Shown piece by piece: positions 8,112-16,915 of a DNA stretch of 32,000 bases. Below the pieces are notes generated by a model. It was not told the DNA's origin. It ran no database searches and was given only the letters and a program-made list of their open reading frames with translations. The first letter of the stretch is position 1. Each line of letters opens with the position of its first letter. The position numbers and the translations under genes were made by a program. This stretch comes from Haloferax volcanii DS2 (GTDB lineage: Archaea; Halobacteriota; Halobacteria; Halobacteriales; Haloferacaceae): contig NC_013967.1 of NCBI RefSeq assembly GCF_000025685.1, forward strand, positions 930,001-962,000, read 5' to 3'.

Positions 8112-9407
8112 TCAGGCGGCGAGGGTGGTCGATTCGCCGCCCTCGTCGGGGTTGTCGGGGGCGCTCCCGACGACTTCGAACTCGAACTCCGCCTCAGCCT
8201 CGGACTCGCCGTCCACGGCGACTACCGTCACGTCTCGCTCGTCGGGGATGGCGACACCTAGCTCGCCGTCGGCGTCGGTCGTGCCGGCGGCCTCGCCGTT
8301 TATCGTCACCGTCGCGTTCTCCACGGGCGTCCCGTTCCGCGTGACGACGACCGTCGCGTTCTCGCCGGCGGAGACGTTCCCGTCGAAGCTCACGGAGAGG
8401 TCGCCTTCGGCGTCGGATTCGGCGCGCTCGCCGTTGTCGTCGGTCTCGTTTTCGGCCGCTTCGACCTCGGCGTTCGCGTCTGCCTCGGCCTCAGCCGCGG
8501 CTTCCGCGTCGGTCGTCTCCTCCGCGCCGACTCTCGTAATCGGGACGTTCGTCCCCGATTCGCTCACGACGGGCTTGGGGATGTACTTCCCGCTGTTGCC
8601 CGCCTCGAACGCCGTGATGTCGAAGACGAAGTCCACGGACTCGCCGTTGCCGACTTCGAAGTCCGTGTCGAGCTGGAGCCTGTTACTGGGGAGCTTCACG
8701 TTGACCCGTTCGCCGGTCTTCAGCGTCCCGTTCACCTCGCTCACGTGCACGAAGACCTTCGTGTAGTTCCCTTCGGGCACGCCGTACTCGCCGACGAGGC
8801 TCGCGTTTTCGCCTTGTAGTTCCGTCAGGTCGACGGTCGCGTTGTCGACCTCGTAGGCGACTCTCGACTCGCCTTCGGCCGCGTCGGTGTCGTTTACGTC
8901 GGCGGATTCGATGTCCGCATCGGCGTCGGCGTCGGCGTCAGCGTCGGCGTCGGCGTCGACCGGCCCGTTGGTCGAGGCGGACGTGTTCGTCGTGTTCGCC
9001 GTCGCGTTAGCTTCGATTTCCACCTCGACGCTCGCGTTCGCCTCAGCGTCGGTGTCGTTCGCGGTGTCGGCCTCGGATTCAGTTTCGGTCCCGGTCTCAT
9101 CGTCGGCCTCCGCGTCGTCGGTGTCGGCTTCGGTCTCCGATTCGGCGTCACCGCTCGCGCGGACGAGCGTCACGCGCTCGATGGTGACGTTGAGGTGTTC
9201 GAAGTCCGCGATGGCGTTCTGCTCGTCGCTCACGTAGAAGTTCACGGTTCCCGTCCGGGCCGCGTCGCCGCCGTCTGACGACGCGGTCGTCGTCGCGTCG
9301 GCGGTCCCGTCGGTCTGCGTCTCGGTCACCGTGCCGGCCCCGCCCGCACAGCCGGCCAGTACGACCATGAGCGCGAGCAGGACAGTCGCAAGTCCAGTAC
9401 GTTTCAT
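8112..9407 (-). CDS. Secreted lipoprotein, DUF4382-like, with acidic low-complexity insert and a C-terminal beta-sandwich (carboxypeptidase-regulatory-like) domain
   Basis: 431-aa ORF. The signal and lipobox read MKRTGLATVLLALMVVLAGC. DUF4382-like blocks are VNFYVSDEQNAIADFEHLNVTIERVTL and NVKLPSNRLQLDTDFEVGNGESVDFVFDI. The C-terminal ...VVVTRNGTPVENATVTINGEAAGTTDADGEL... is also recognisable. There are many N-x-S/T sequons. Confidence 0.85.
   Translation of the reverse strand: MKRTGLATVLLALMVVLAGCAGGAGTVTETQTDGTADATTTASSDGGDAARTGTVNFYVSDEQNAIADFEHLNVTIERVTLVRASGDAESETEADTDDAEADDETGTETESEADTANDTDAEANASVEVEIEANATANTTNTSASTNGPVDADADADADADADADIESADVNDTDAAEGESRVAYEVDNATVDLTELQGENASLVGEYGVPEGNYTKVFVHVSEVNGTLKTGERVNVKLPSNRLQLDTDFEVGNGESVDFVFDITAFEAGNSGKYIPKPVVSESGTNVPITRVGAEETTDAEAAAEAEADANAEVEAAENETDDNGERAESDAEGDLSVSFDGNVSAGENATVVVTRNGTPVENATVTINGEAAGTTDADGELGVAIPDERDVTVVAVDGESEAEAEFEFEVVGSAPDNPDEGGESTTLAA
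8917..8958. repeat. Hexanucleotide microsatellite (GCRTCR)x7 inside the lipoprotein gene, encoding (Asp-Ala)7
   Basis: GCATCG GCGTCG GCGTCG GCGTCA GCGTCG GCGTCG GCGTCG was read directly. It translates on minus as DADADADADADADA. Confidence 0.9.
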
Positions 9408-9490
9408 CGTGGGAGACCGTACTGGCCGTGAGAACTTTAGAAGGGTGTTCGTAGACTTCGGTTTTCACCGAATTTCGCTGAATTACGGCC

Positions 9491-10519
9491 TCAATCGTCC
9501 GCGTGCGACTCGTTGAACTGCTTGGCCTTGTCGAGCAGGCCGGGCGAGATACCGGGCACGTCGTCGACGCTCACCGCGCCCTCGGCGCGAATCTCGTCGA
9601 GGCTCTTGGGGAACTCGCGGAGCTCCATGTGGATGGCGATGCCTGCCTTCGCGCCCTTGCCCATCGCCACCGGAATCTGGTTGTGGCCGGGGGTGATGTC
9701 ACCGACCGCGAACACGCCGTCGACGCTGGTCCGACCGTGGTCGTCCACGGGGACCGTTCCGTCGTCGTCGAGGTCCACGTCGAGCGCCTCGAACAGCGTC
9801 GTGTTGTAGTTCGAGCCGTACATGGCGAAGCCACCCTTGTACTCGCGGACGGTGCCGTCTTCGAACTCGAAGCTCTCCAGCCAGCCGTCGTCGCGCTTCG
9901 TCATGCCCGAAAGCTCCTCCTCGACGATGTCGACGGGGTGCGCGCGGACGAGTTCGTCCGTCTCGTCGGACCACGTCGGCTCGTCGCCGCGGAGCAGCAG
10001 GTCCACCTCGTCGGTGAAGTTGAGCATTATCATGGCGACGTAGGCCGCCGAGTCCGAGTGACCCATCACGTACACCGACTCGTCGACGAACATGTAGGCG
10101 TCGCAGTGGAGGCAGTAATGCAGACCCTTGCCGGTGCGGGGCAGCGGCGGCTCGGGGCGCTCGTCGTTGAAGCCGACGCCGAGCACGACGCGCTCGGCGA
10201 CGAACTCGCCCTCGTTGCCGACGAGGCGGAACCGGCCGTCGTCCAACCGCTCCGCGTCGGTCACGAAGTCGCGGTGGATGTCGGTCCCGTAGTCTTCGAG
10301 CTGGCCGCGCGCGGTTTCGAGGAACTCGTTGCCCGAGGTGTCCTCGGTGACGCCGATGACGTTGTGCGTGTCGAGCATCATGGCCGCGCGGCCGCCGCCG
10401 CGGTCCACGAGCGCGGTGTCGTGGCCCAGTCGCGTCGTGTAGAGCGCGGTCTGGAGGCCCGCGGGGCCGCCGCCCACGACGACAACCTCGTACTCCCGTG
10501 GTTCGTCGGTCTCGGTCAT
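9491..10519 (-). CDS. Thioredoxin-reductase-like FAD-dependent oxidoreductase (CxxC present, NADPH motif degenerate)
   Basis: 342-aa ORF with the FAD motif VVVVGGGPAGL, a redox-active-type HYCLHCDAYMF and C-terminal FAVGDIT. The position of the GGGxSA NADPH motif reads GHSDSA. Confidence 0.85.
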   Translation of the reverse strand: MTETDEPREYEVVVVGGGPAGLQTALYTTRLGHDTALVDRGGGRAAMMLDTHNVIGVTEDTSGNEFLETARGQLEDYGTDIHRDFVTDAERLDDGRFRLVGNEGEFVAERVVLGVGFNDERPEPPLPRTGKGLHYCLHCDAYMFVDESVYVMGHSDSAAYVAMIMLNFTDEVDLLLRGDEPTWSDETDELVRAHPVDIVEEELSGMTKRDDGWLESFEFEDGTVREYKGGFAMYGSNYNTTLFEALDVDLDDDGTVPVDDHGRTSVDGVFAVGDITPGHNQIPVAMGKGAKAGIAIHMELREFPKSLDEIRAEGAVSVDDVPGISPGLLDKAKQFNESHADD

Positions 10520-10638
10520 ACACGGGAATTCGTCGCGGCGCTCTTAAGCCCACATCACCTGTGCGCGGCCGGCATCCACCCGAAACGTGTTAGCAACCAA
10601 CACGATTCCGTCCGTGACGCCCCAGTCCCGACCAACGC

Positions 10639-11292
10639 TCAGCAGCCGGCGACGACGGCGTAGCAGTTCCCGCTGGAGACAGTCGATTCGACCACCGTGA
10701 GGTCGCTCGCGTCGAGGTCGTCGTCGAACTCGTCGGGCGCGTAGATGTGGTAAAAGCGGGGGACCGTTTCGCCGCCGGGGAGCGTCCAGTCGACCGTCGT
10801 GTCGAAGCCGTCCTCGCGGTCGAACGTGTCGTGGGCGGTGCTCCACGCGCTGACGACCGCGCGGCCGTCGGCGTCGAGCACGCGCGCGAGTTCGTTCAGG
10901 CTGGCAACGCGCGCCGCCCGCGGCGCGAGGTGGTGAACCGTCGCCACGTACACCGCGAGGTCGAAGGCGTCGTCGGTGAAGGGAAGCCGCGAGGCGTCGC
11001 CCTGCACGAGCCCGGCGTCGAAGCCGCGTTCGGCCGCCCGCGCGACCGCCTCGTCGAGCAGGCCGCGGCTCACGTCGAGGCCGACGACCTCGTCGGCGTG
11101 CTCGGAGAGGAGGTCGACGTGCCGGCCGTTACCGCAGCCGAGGTCGAGCGCGCGGGCGGCCGGTCCCGACTCGGTCGCGTCGGCGACGAACGACTCGACT
11201 TCGGGCCACGGATACTCGCGGGTGGACGCGAAGTGCGACGCGATGCGGTCGTACGTCTCGCGGACCCCGTCTCGGGGTTCGTCTCCGTCCAT
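10639..11292 (-). CDS. Class I SAM-dependent methyltransferase, Trm9-like (candidate tRNA U34 methyltransferase)
   Basis: 217-aa ORF with SAM motif I ALDLGCGNGRH, ...VATVHHL... and a C-terminal ...SGNCYAVV... The overall layout is that of Trm9/ALKBH8-type methyltransferase domains. The specific function is inferred. Confidence 0.8.
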   Translation of the reverse strand: MDGDEPRDGVRETYDRIASHFASTREYPWPEVESFVADATESGPAARALDLGCGNGRHVDLLSEHADEVVGLDVSRGLLDEAVARAAERGFDAGLVQGDASRLPFTDDAFDLAVYVATVHHLAPRAARVASLNELARVLDADGRAVVSAWSTAHDTFDREDGFDTTVDWTLPGGETVPRFYHIYAPDEFDDDLDASDLTVVESTVSSGNCYAVVAGC

Positions 11293-11376
11293 GCCGGTCG
11301 GTCGGGGCGGCGGGACAAAGACCGCACGGGTCGCGGGCGTCGGTCGGGGGTCGTTCCCCTGATGAGTCGCGCGCGC

Positions 11377-13500
11377 TCAGATGAACAGGAACGTCACGTA
11401 GGTGATGACGAGCAGGATGGCGGCGTGTTTGACGCCGTCGGCAATTTGCCCCTCGCCGAGCTGTCCGGCGATAACCCCCGAGCAGAGCCCCTGAATGGCC
11501 GTGACGTGGAAGAACAACAGCATGTACGACTCGGTGTCCACGTCGCGCAGGCCGGAGAACGCGCCCGAGGAGACGCCGGCGACTTCGCCGGAGCCGACGC
11601 CTCCGGCGCTGGCCTGCTCGACCGCCGGGATGAACGACACCGTCAGCGCGGCGATGATACCGAGGAAGACGAGAAACGAGATGTAGATGACGAGGAGGTA
11701 CGTGAGCATCTCCTGGTTCCGCTCGCGGGCGAGGCGGCGGCTGTCTTGGGCCTCGTTGGCCGCGATGCGGAGCACGGGCGCGAGGTCGCCGCTCGCGCTC
11801 ATCGCGTTGGTGATGAGCGTCACCGACCGCGACACCATCGGGCTGGCCGTCCGGCGGTCCATCCGCCGGAGCGCGGTCTGTGCGTCGGCCCCCCAGTCGA
11901 TGTCGCGGACGGCGCGCTCGACCTCGTCGCCGAGCGGCCCGAGGTCCGACGCCGACACCCGGCGGAGGCTCTGGACGACCGTCAGCCCGGCTTCGTTGAC
12001 GCTCGCGAGGCGGTCGAGGAAGTCGGGCATACTGCGCTCGATGGCGCGGATTCGGCGCTTTCGCAGCTCGTGGAACGCCGAGACGACGACGAGCGAACCG
12101 ATTGCGGCCTCGACGACGTGTTCGTCCACCGCGTCGGCGACGCCGAGTATCGTGGGGTCCGCGGGAATCGTGGCCCGCAGCGCGACCCAGACGAGCCCCA
12201 GCGGGACGGTGAGCGCGAGCGCGACGAGCGGCTTGCGTCCGAGGGTGTCGAGCGGGCGCTCGAACCAGTTGCGGAGCGCGCGGAGCCGGTCGTAGGCGGC
12301 GAGCCGCTCGCGGTTCGCGCGCCACGGGTCGCCTCGGGCGTCGGTCTCGCCGCCGTCGGTCGCGGGGGCCGAGCCGACGCCACCGGTCGCGTCGATGCGC
12401 CGGGCCGACTCGGCCGCGGTGTCAGCGCCGTCGTCGGCAACCGCCGCGCCCCGGAGCGACTCGGTGATACTGTCGATGTAGACGACGAAGCCGAAGCTCG
12501 CCAGCGGGATGCCGACGTAGCCGACGATGCGGATGAGCGTCAGCGTGTCCGCGAGGACGAGACCGATGACGACGAGCACGGTGATGAAAAACAGCGGGCC
12601 GGCGACGAGGACGGTGACGTACACCTCCGCGAACGTCGAAAGCAAGTCGAGGTACTGCTGTTGTTGGGCTTCGGCTTCCTCCTGAAACCGCTCGTACTGC
12701 TCTTGGAGGAACGACGAGAGGTTGCGACCGCTCCCGAGGACGCTGGCGAGGTTCTCTGCGAACTCTTCGAGGCTCGGACTCGGCGTCCGCGTCGCCATCG
12801 TCTGGAGCGACGAGAGCACGTCGGTGCCGAAGGCGTCCATGTCGCGGACGACGATGGAAACCTCGCGCGCCGCCTCGCCGTAGATGGCCTCGTTTCGCGC
12901 CAGCGTCTCCAACACCTGTGGGAACGGCATCCCCGACCGCGACAGCGCGAAGACGAACGCGACCGTCCGCGGGAGCGTCGCCTCGATTTCCGACGAGCGG
13001 GTCCGCGCCCGCTCGGTGAGGACGTACCACCGACCCCAGTAGACGCCGAGCGCGAGGAGCGTCCCGAGCGTCGCGCTCGAAAGCAGCAGTGCGAGAAACA
13101 GGTCGCGGAGCGGGAGCGCCTGAATGCTCGTGAGGCCGCCGAGGAAGCCGAGCGCGCCGGGGAGGACCTCCCGAATCGTCTCGGATTGGACGGCGAGGGT
13201 GTCGAGCGTCACGGCGGCGAGGTAGACGCCGAAGACGCTCCCGGCGACGCCGAAGACGGTCGCCATGAGGAGCGTCCGCGAGGCGTACACGCGGTGGGTG
13301 ACGCTCACGTGCGCCGCCCGCAACTGCGTTCGCTGTTCCCTGCGCCGGGGGTTCTCGTTGGCGACGTAGAAGCCGAAGACGGAGAGCGCGACCCGCGAGA
13401 CGAGGAGGTCGGCCGCGCGGCTCACCGGCGACAGGACGACGGGCAAGACGAGGAGGACGGCGAGCACGAGCGGGAGCAGATACAGGTACTGTGCGACCAT
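11377..13500 (-). CDS. pilC: Archaeal type IV pilus/archaellum-type assembly membrane protein (PilC/TadC/FlaJ family, two T2SS-F domains)
   Basis: 707-aa polytopic protein. Two GspF-like repeats (...EIEATLPRTVAFVFALSRSGMPFPQVLETLA... and ...SMPDFLDRLASVNEAGLTVVQSLRRVS...) are separated by an Ala/Asp/Gly-rich linker. The ATG lies 1 nt after the stop of the upstream ATPase gene. Confidence 0.88.
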   Translation of the reverse strand: MVAQYLYLLPLVLAVLLVLPVVLSPVSRAADLLVSRVALSVFGFYVANENPRRREQRTQLRAAHVSVTHRVYASRTLLMATVFGVAGSVFGVYLAAVTLDTLAVQSETIREVLPGALGFLGGLTSIQALPLRDLFLALLLSSATLGTLLALGVYWGRWYVLTERARTRSSEIEATLPRTVAFVFALSRSGMPFPQVLETLARNEAIYGEAAREVSIVVRDMDAFGTDVLSSLQTMATRTPSPSLEEFAENLASVLGSGRNLSSFLQEQYERFQEEAEAQQQQYLDLLSTFAEVYVTVLVAGPLFFITVLVVIGLVLADTLTLIRIVGYVGIPLASFGFVVYIDSITESLRGAAVADDGADTAAESARRIDATGGVGSAPATDGGETDARGDPWRANRERLAAYDRLRALRNWFERPLDTLGRKPLVALALTVPLGLVWVALRATIPADPTILGVADAVDEHVVEAAIGSLVVVSAFHELRKRRIRAIERSMPDFLDRLASVNEAGLTVVQSLRRVSASDLGPLGDEVERAVRDIDWGADAQTALRRMDRRTASPMVSRSVTLITNAMSASGDLAPVLRIAANEAQDSRRLARERNQEMLTYLLVIYISFLVFLGIIAALTVSFIPAVEQASAGGVGSGEVAGVSSGAFSGLRDVDTESYMLLFFHVTAIQGLCSGVIAGQLGEGQIADGVKHAAILLVITYVTFLFI

Positions 13501-13501
13501 C

Positions 13502-15196
13502 TCAGGCCTCCGAGCCGGCGTCGACGATGTCCTCGTCGGCCTCGACGCGCCGCATCACGTCTTCCGAGTCCGCGTAGTACTCGTTGATGAGCGCGGTAAA
13601 GCGCCGGTAGTCGGTGACGCCCTTGTCGAGGAGGTATCGGAGGAACCCCTCGCGCCGCCGGAGTTCGCGCCGGAGTTCGGTCCGCGACCAGCCGTTTTCG
13701 CGCTGGATTTCGGTGAGCAGCGAGCTGTCGTTTTGACTGAACGTGTCCGTCTCGGGCTCCCACGCGAACGCCGACGAGTAGTCGAGTTCGCCGGTCCGCT
13801 GGTCGATGTCGCCGATTTCACCGATGGTCTGCGAGCGGCGGACGCGCTCGCCGCCGTGACGGGTGAGCGTCTGGACGCACAGCAGGTCGAGCGACTGCAC
13901 CATCGCGCGCGGGACGTTGATCGGCTCGTTTTCGAGGCGGTTGATGACCGTCTCGATGCTGTCGGCGTGCATCGTCGAGAACGTCGTGTGGCCGGTGTTC
14001 ATCGCCTGGAACAGCGTCACGGCCTCGTCGCCGCGAACCTCGCCGACGATGATGTACTCGGGGCGGTGCCGGAGCGCCGAGCGAAGCAGGTCGTACATCG
14101 AGATGTCGGTCCCCTCGTGGAGTCGTTCGCGGGTGACAGACGACAGCCAGTTGTCGTGGTAGAGCGCGAGTTCGCGGGTGTCCTCGATGGACAGCACCTT
14201 CGACCGCGGCGGGACGAACATCGACACCGCGTTCATCGAGGTGGTCTTCCCCGAGGCCGTCCCGCCCGCGAAGATGAGGCTCTTGTTGTGTTCGATACAG
14301 AGCCACAGGTAGGCCATCTGCTCGATGGAGAACGTGCCGTAGCGCACGAGGTCGATTGGGGTGAACGGCTCTTCGGCGTAGAGGCGGATAGTAAACGCCG
14401 ACCCGCGCGGCGTGACCTCCTCCCCGAGGGCTAACTCGGCGCGCGCGCCGTTCGGGAGCGTCGTCCCGAGGACGGGGTCACCGACGCTGATGTGCTGGCC
14501 GGAGCGCTGGGCGAGGCGGATGACGAAGTTGTCGAGTTCCTCGGCGGCGAACGAGACGTTCGTGGCGATGTCGGTGTACTCGTCGTGGTAGACGAAAAGC
14601 GGCAGGTCGTAGCCGTCACACGAGATGTCCTCGATGTGGGGGTCCTTCATCAGCGGGTCCAGCGGGCCGTAGCCGTGGAAGTCGCGCCGGAGGTAGTACA
14701 ACAGCGTGTAGAAGGTGTTCATGTCGAGTTCCAGCCCGTACTGTTCGAGAATCGACTGAAGCTCCTCGACCAGCGCCGTCTCGGTTCGGGGGTCCGCCTC
14801 GCGGCGGTACAAAAGCGGGTCGCGGATGTCGGTGCGGACGCGTTCGAGCAGCGACGCCTCGAACTCGTCGAGGTCGGGTTCGACGGTGTGGTACTGGTGG
14901 GCGGTCGCGTCCGTGTCGTAGGTGACGACGACGTAGGCGAAGGGGGCGTTCACCCAGTAGCGCTCGACCTCCTCGTGGCCCTCGGGGACCTCGTAAGTTC
15001 CGAGCGGCGTGTCGTCGGGCGAAAGCGGGTGCACGTCGAGGTCCGACCCCCGAAGCATCTCGGCGGTTCGGCGCAAGAGCCGCTCCGCTTCGGCGGCCGC
15101 GGCGTCGAACTCCCCGCTGGCGAGGAGTCTCAACACCCCTCGTTCCACCGACGGGTCGCGCATTCCCCTCGTCTCGCTCGTCGTATCTCGTGCCAT
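13502..15196 (-). CDS. pilB: Type II/IV secretion system ATPase (archaeal PilB/FlaI-like)
   Basis: Walker A GGTASGKTT, Walker B/Asp box ...YIIVGEVRGDEA..., and His box ...TGHTTFSTMHA. Start taken at ATG 15196 (MARDTTSETRG...). An upstream in-frame ATG at 15265 is an alternative. TATA-like elements lie at 15237-15245 and about 15220. Confidence 0.88.
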   Translation of the reverse strand: MARDTTSETRGMRDPSVERGVLRLLASGEFDAAAAEAERLLRRTAEMLRGSDLDVHPLSPDDTPLGTYEVPEGHEEVERYWVNAPFAYVVVTYDTDATAHQYHTVEPDLDEFEASLLERVRTDIRDPLLYRREADPRTETALVEELQSILEQYGLELDMNTFYTLLYYLRRDFHGYGPLDPLMKDPHIEDISCDGYDLPLFVYHDEYTDIATNVSFAAEELDNFVIRLAQRSGQHISVGDPVLGTTLPNGARAELALGEEVTPRGSAFTIRLYAEEPFTPIDLVRYGTFSIEQMAYLWLCIEHNKSLIFAGGTASGKTTSMNAVSMFVPPRSKVLSIEDTRELALYHDNWLSSVTRERLHEGTDISMYDLLRSALRHRPEYIIVGEVRGDEAVTLFQAMNTGHTTFSTMHADSIETVINRLENEPINVPRAMVQSLDLLCVQTLTRHGGERVRRSQTIGEIGDIDQRTGELDYSSAFAWEPETDTFSQNDSSLLTEIQRENGWSRTELRRELRRREGFLRYLLDKGVTDYRRFTALINEYYADSEDVMRRVEADEDIVDAGSEA

Positions 15197-15295
15197 CGTC
15201 ACCCGGTCAGTTGGTCGGAGATATGGTGGGTCGAGACTTAAAAGGTCCGCGCGGGAGACTATCATTCGACGAGCAGGACTGGTCGCGACTCGCCG

Positions 15296-15793
15296 TCAGG
15301 TCCGGTCGACGGTCAGGAGGACGCCGGCGAGGACGAGCGAGATGACGACGCCGAGCGGGAGCGGAATCCCCGGAATCCCGCGCGTCACGAGGAGGTACGT
15401 CGCAGCGGCGAGGACGACGCCGACGACGCCGAGGAGGCCGCCGAGCACCCGAACGGGGTCGACCGGGCCGGCTTCGACCCGCTCGTCGCGCAGGTAGTAC
15501 ACGAGCGAAAACAGGACCGCGAGCGCGAGGACGGCCGCGCCGACGACCCACGCCTGATAGGCGACGGCGACGGTCTGCCCCGATTGGAGCGAGAGCGCGG
15601 ACAGCGGGCCTCTCATCGCGACACGGCTGGACAGGCCCCACGAGAACTGCACCTCCGCGAAGGGGAACCGGACGAAAAGCAGGCTCACGCCCGAGAGGTT
15701 CCGCGTGTACGTGACGTTCCACGGGAGGAGCGCACAGAGCCACGTCGAGACGACGGCCAGCGCACCCCCGTGTTCGGAGCGGACCCAGACCAT
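15296..15793 (-). CDS. Conserved-looking integral membrane protein (about 4-5 TM), hypothetical
   Basis: 165-aa ORF MVWVRSEHGGALAVVSTWLCALLPWNVTY... with several hydrophobic helices. AGTTTTTAC (minus sense) lies about 30 nt upstream of the ATG. It is directly upstream of pilB on the same strand. Confidence 0.7.
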   Translation of the reverse strand: MVWVRSEHGGALAVVSTWLCALLPWNVTYTRNLSGVSLLFVRFPFAEVQFSWGLSSRVAMRGPLSALSLQSGQTVAVAYQAWVVGAAVLALAVLFSLVYYLRDERVEAGPVDPVRVLGGLLGVVGVVLAAATYLLVTRGIPGIPLPLGVVISLVLAGVLLTVDRT

Positions 15794-15887
15794 AGGACAA
15801 TCGCACGGTCTGACAGGTAAAAACTACCGACAGTCCGGGGCGCGCCAGTGGGGCAGCAGGACGGAAGAGGACGCGCTCGGTCGACCC

Positions 15888-16256
15888 TCAGGAGAGCCGT
15901 TCGGGGTCGCCGTGCGTCAGGTCGCTCTCGTCGGCGTCGCCGGTGTTGAGCGTCTCGGTCGGCTCGACGAGCAGCGCTTCGGTCGGTTCGAGCGCCACGG
16001 GGCGGTGTTCGACGCCGCGGGGGACCACGAGGAGGTCGCCCGGGCCGAGGTCCGCGTCGTCGCGGTCGCGGAACTCGATTCGGAGCCGTCCGTCGCGGAC
16101 GAGAAACAGTTCGTCGGTGTCGTCGTGGGCGTGCCAGACGAACTCGCCGTCGAGTTTCGCGACTTTCACCGCGTAGTCGTTCAGCTCCGCGGCGATTCGC
16201 GGGGCCCACGTCTCGTCGAACGACGCGAAGCTCTCGTCGAGATTGACGGGTTCCAT
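15888..16256 (-). CDS. Cupin-domain protein
   Basis: 122-aa ORF with cupin motifs ...GEFVWHAHDDTDELFLV.DG... and ...PGDLLVVPRGVEHRP... Confidence 0.88.
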   Translation of the reverse strand: MEPVNLDESFASFDETWAPRIAAELNDYAVKVAKLDGEFVWHAHDDTDELFLVRDGRLRIEFRDRDDADLGPGDLLVVPRGVEHRPVALEPTEALLVEPTETLNTGDADESDLTHGDPERLS

Positions 16257-16397
16257 ATGCGGTTCGCTCGCGGCGGCGGCCGATAACCGTTGTGCCGAGC
16301 GCGCGTCGAACCGGCGTAATCGGCCGGTTTCGACGCCGGAACCACGCTTCGGGCGGCGTCACGTTAATAGGCGGCGCAGTACAACCAACGGTACGGA

Positions 16398-16871
16398 ATG
16401 CGGCGTGACTACTTCGAACTGGATGTCCGCGATGTCGATTGGTACGAGGACGACGGCGACCCCCGCCAACCGACGGTATCTATCGATTTCTACGGCCCGG
16501 CCGAGGAGCTTCGGTCGCGGTTCCTCTCGACCAGTGGCGACGTGCTCGCCGCGGAGGAACTGGACGTCTCCTTTCGGCTGCAAGACTCCGTCGACGCCGA
16601 CGACGCCCGCGGCGTCGTGAGCGTGACGGACCGACTGACCGGCGACTACGTCCTCGAACTCAACGCCCGCGCCGACGACGTGCTCGACTTCATTCGGGCG
16701 GCCCGCGAGTACGGACGCGCCGCGGGCGACGACGAGGGGCGCTACCGCGTCGACGTGGCCATCGAAGGGGACCACTTCGAGACCTTCGAGAAATCGACGT
16801 TCCTCGTCTACGACGGCGACGGGACGCTCCTGCGGAGCCAGAGCCTCATCCCCTCGGGCGTCGAACTCTGA
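16398..16871 (+). CDS. Acidic cytoplasmic hypothetical protein (haloarchaeal conserved-type)
   Basis: 157-aa ORF MRRDYFELDVRDVDWYEDDGDP... with typical acidic composition. TATA-like GTTAATAGG (16364-16372) lies about 28 nt upstream. A T4 tract after a hairpin follows the stop. Confidence 0.75.
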   Translation: MRRDYFELDVRDVDWYEDDGDPRQPTVSIDFYGPAEELRSRFLSTSGDVLAAEELDVSFRLQDSVDADDARGVVSVTDRLTGDYVLELNARADDVLDFIRAAREYGRAAGDDEGRYRVDVAIEGDHFETFEKSTFLVYDGDGTLLRSQSLIPSGVEL

Positions 16872-16877
16872 GCCGGA

Positions 16878-16915
16878 GCCCGTCGGTCGACGGTCGACAG
16901 CGCGGACGGCGTTTT
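16878..16915 (+). terminator. GC-rich hairpin followed by a TTTT tract
   Basis: CCGTC (16880-16884) pairs with GACGG (16905-16909), followed by GTTTTCTCTC (16911-16920), just after the stop at 16871. Confidence 0.4.

Noticed and set aside
8880-9130. Checked the repetitive GCGTCG/GTCGGC-rich stretch for a CRISPR array
   Set aside because: The units are 6 bp with no spacers, they lie inside a continuous ORF, and they translate to Asp/Ala/Glu low-complexity sequence. No cas genes are present.
9503-10663. 386-aa plus-strand ORF antisense to the TrxB-like gene
   Set aside because: The minus strand carries FAD and CxxC motifs. The plus frame is an artefact.
10747-13587. 946-aa plus-strand ORF across the methyltransferase and pilC region
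   Set aside because: It lies antisense to genes with strong family signatures (GspF repeats, SAM motif). It is low-complexity Arg/Asp/Glu-rich sequence.
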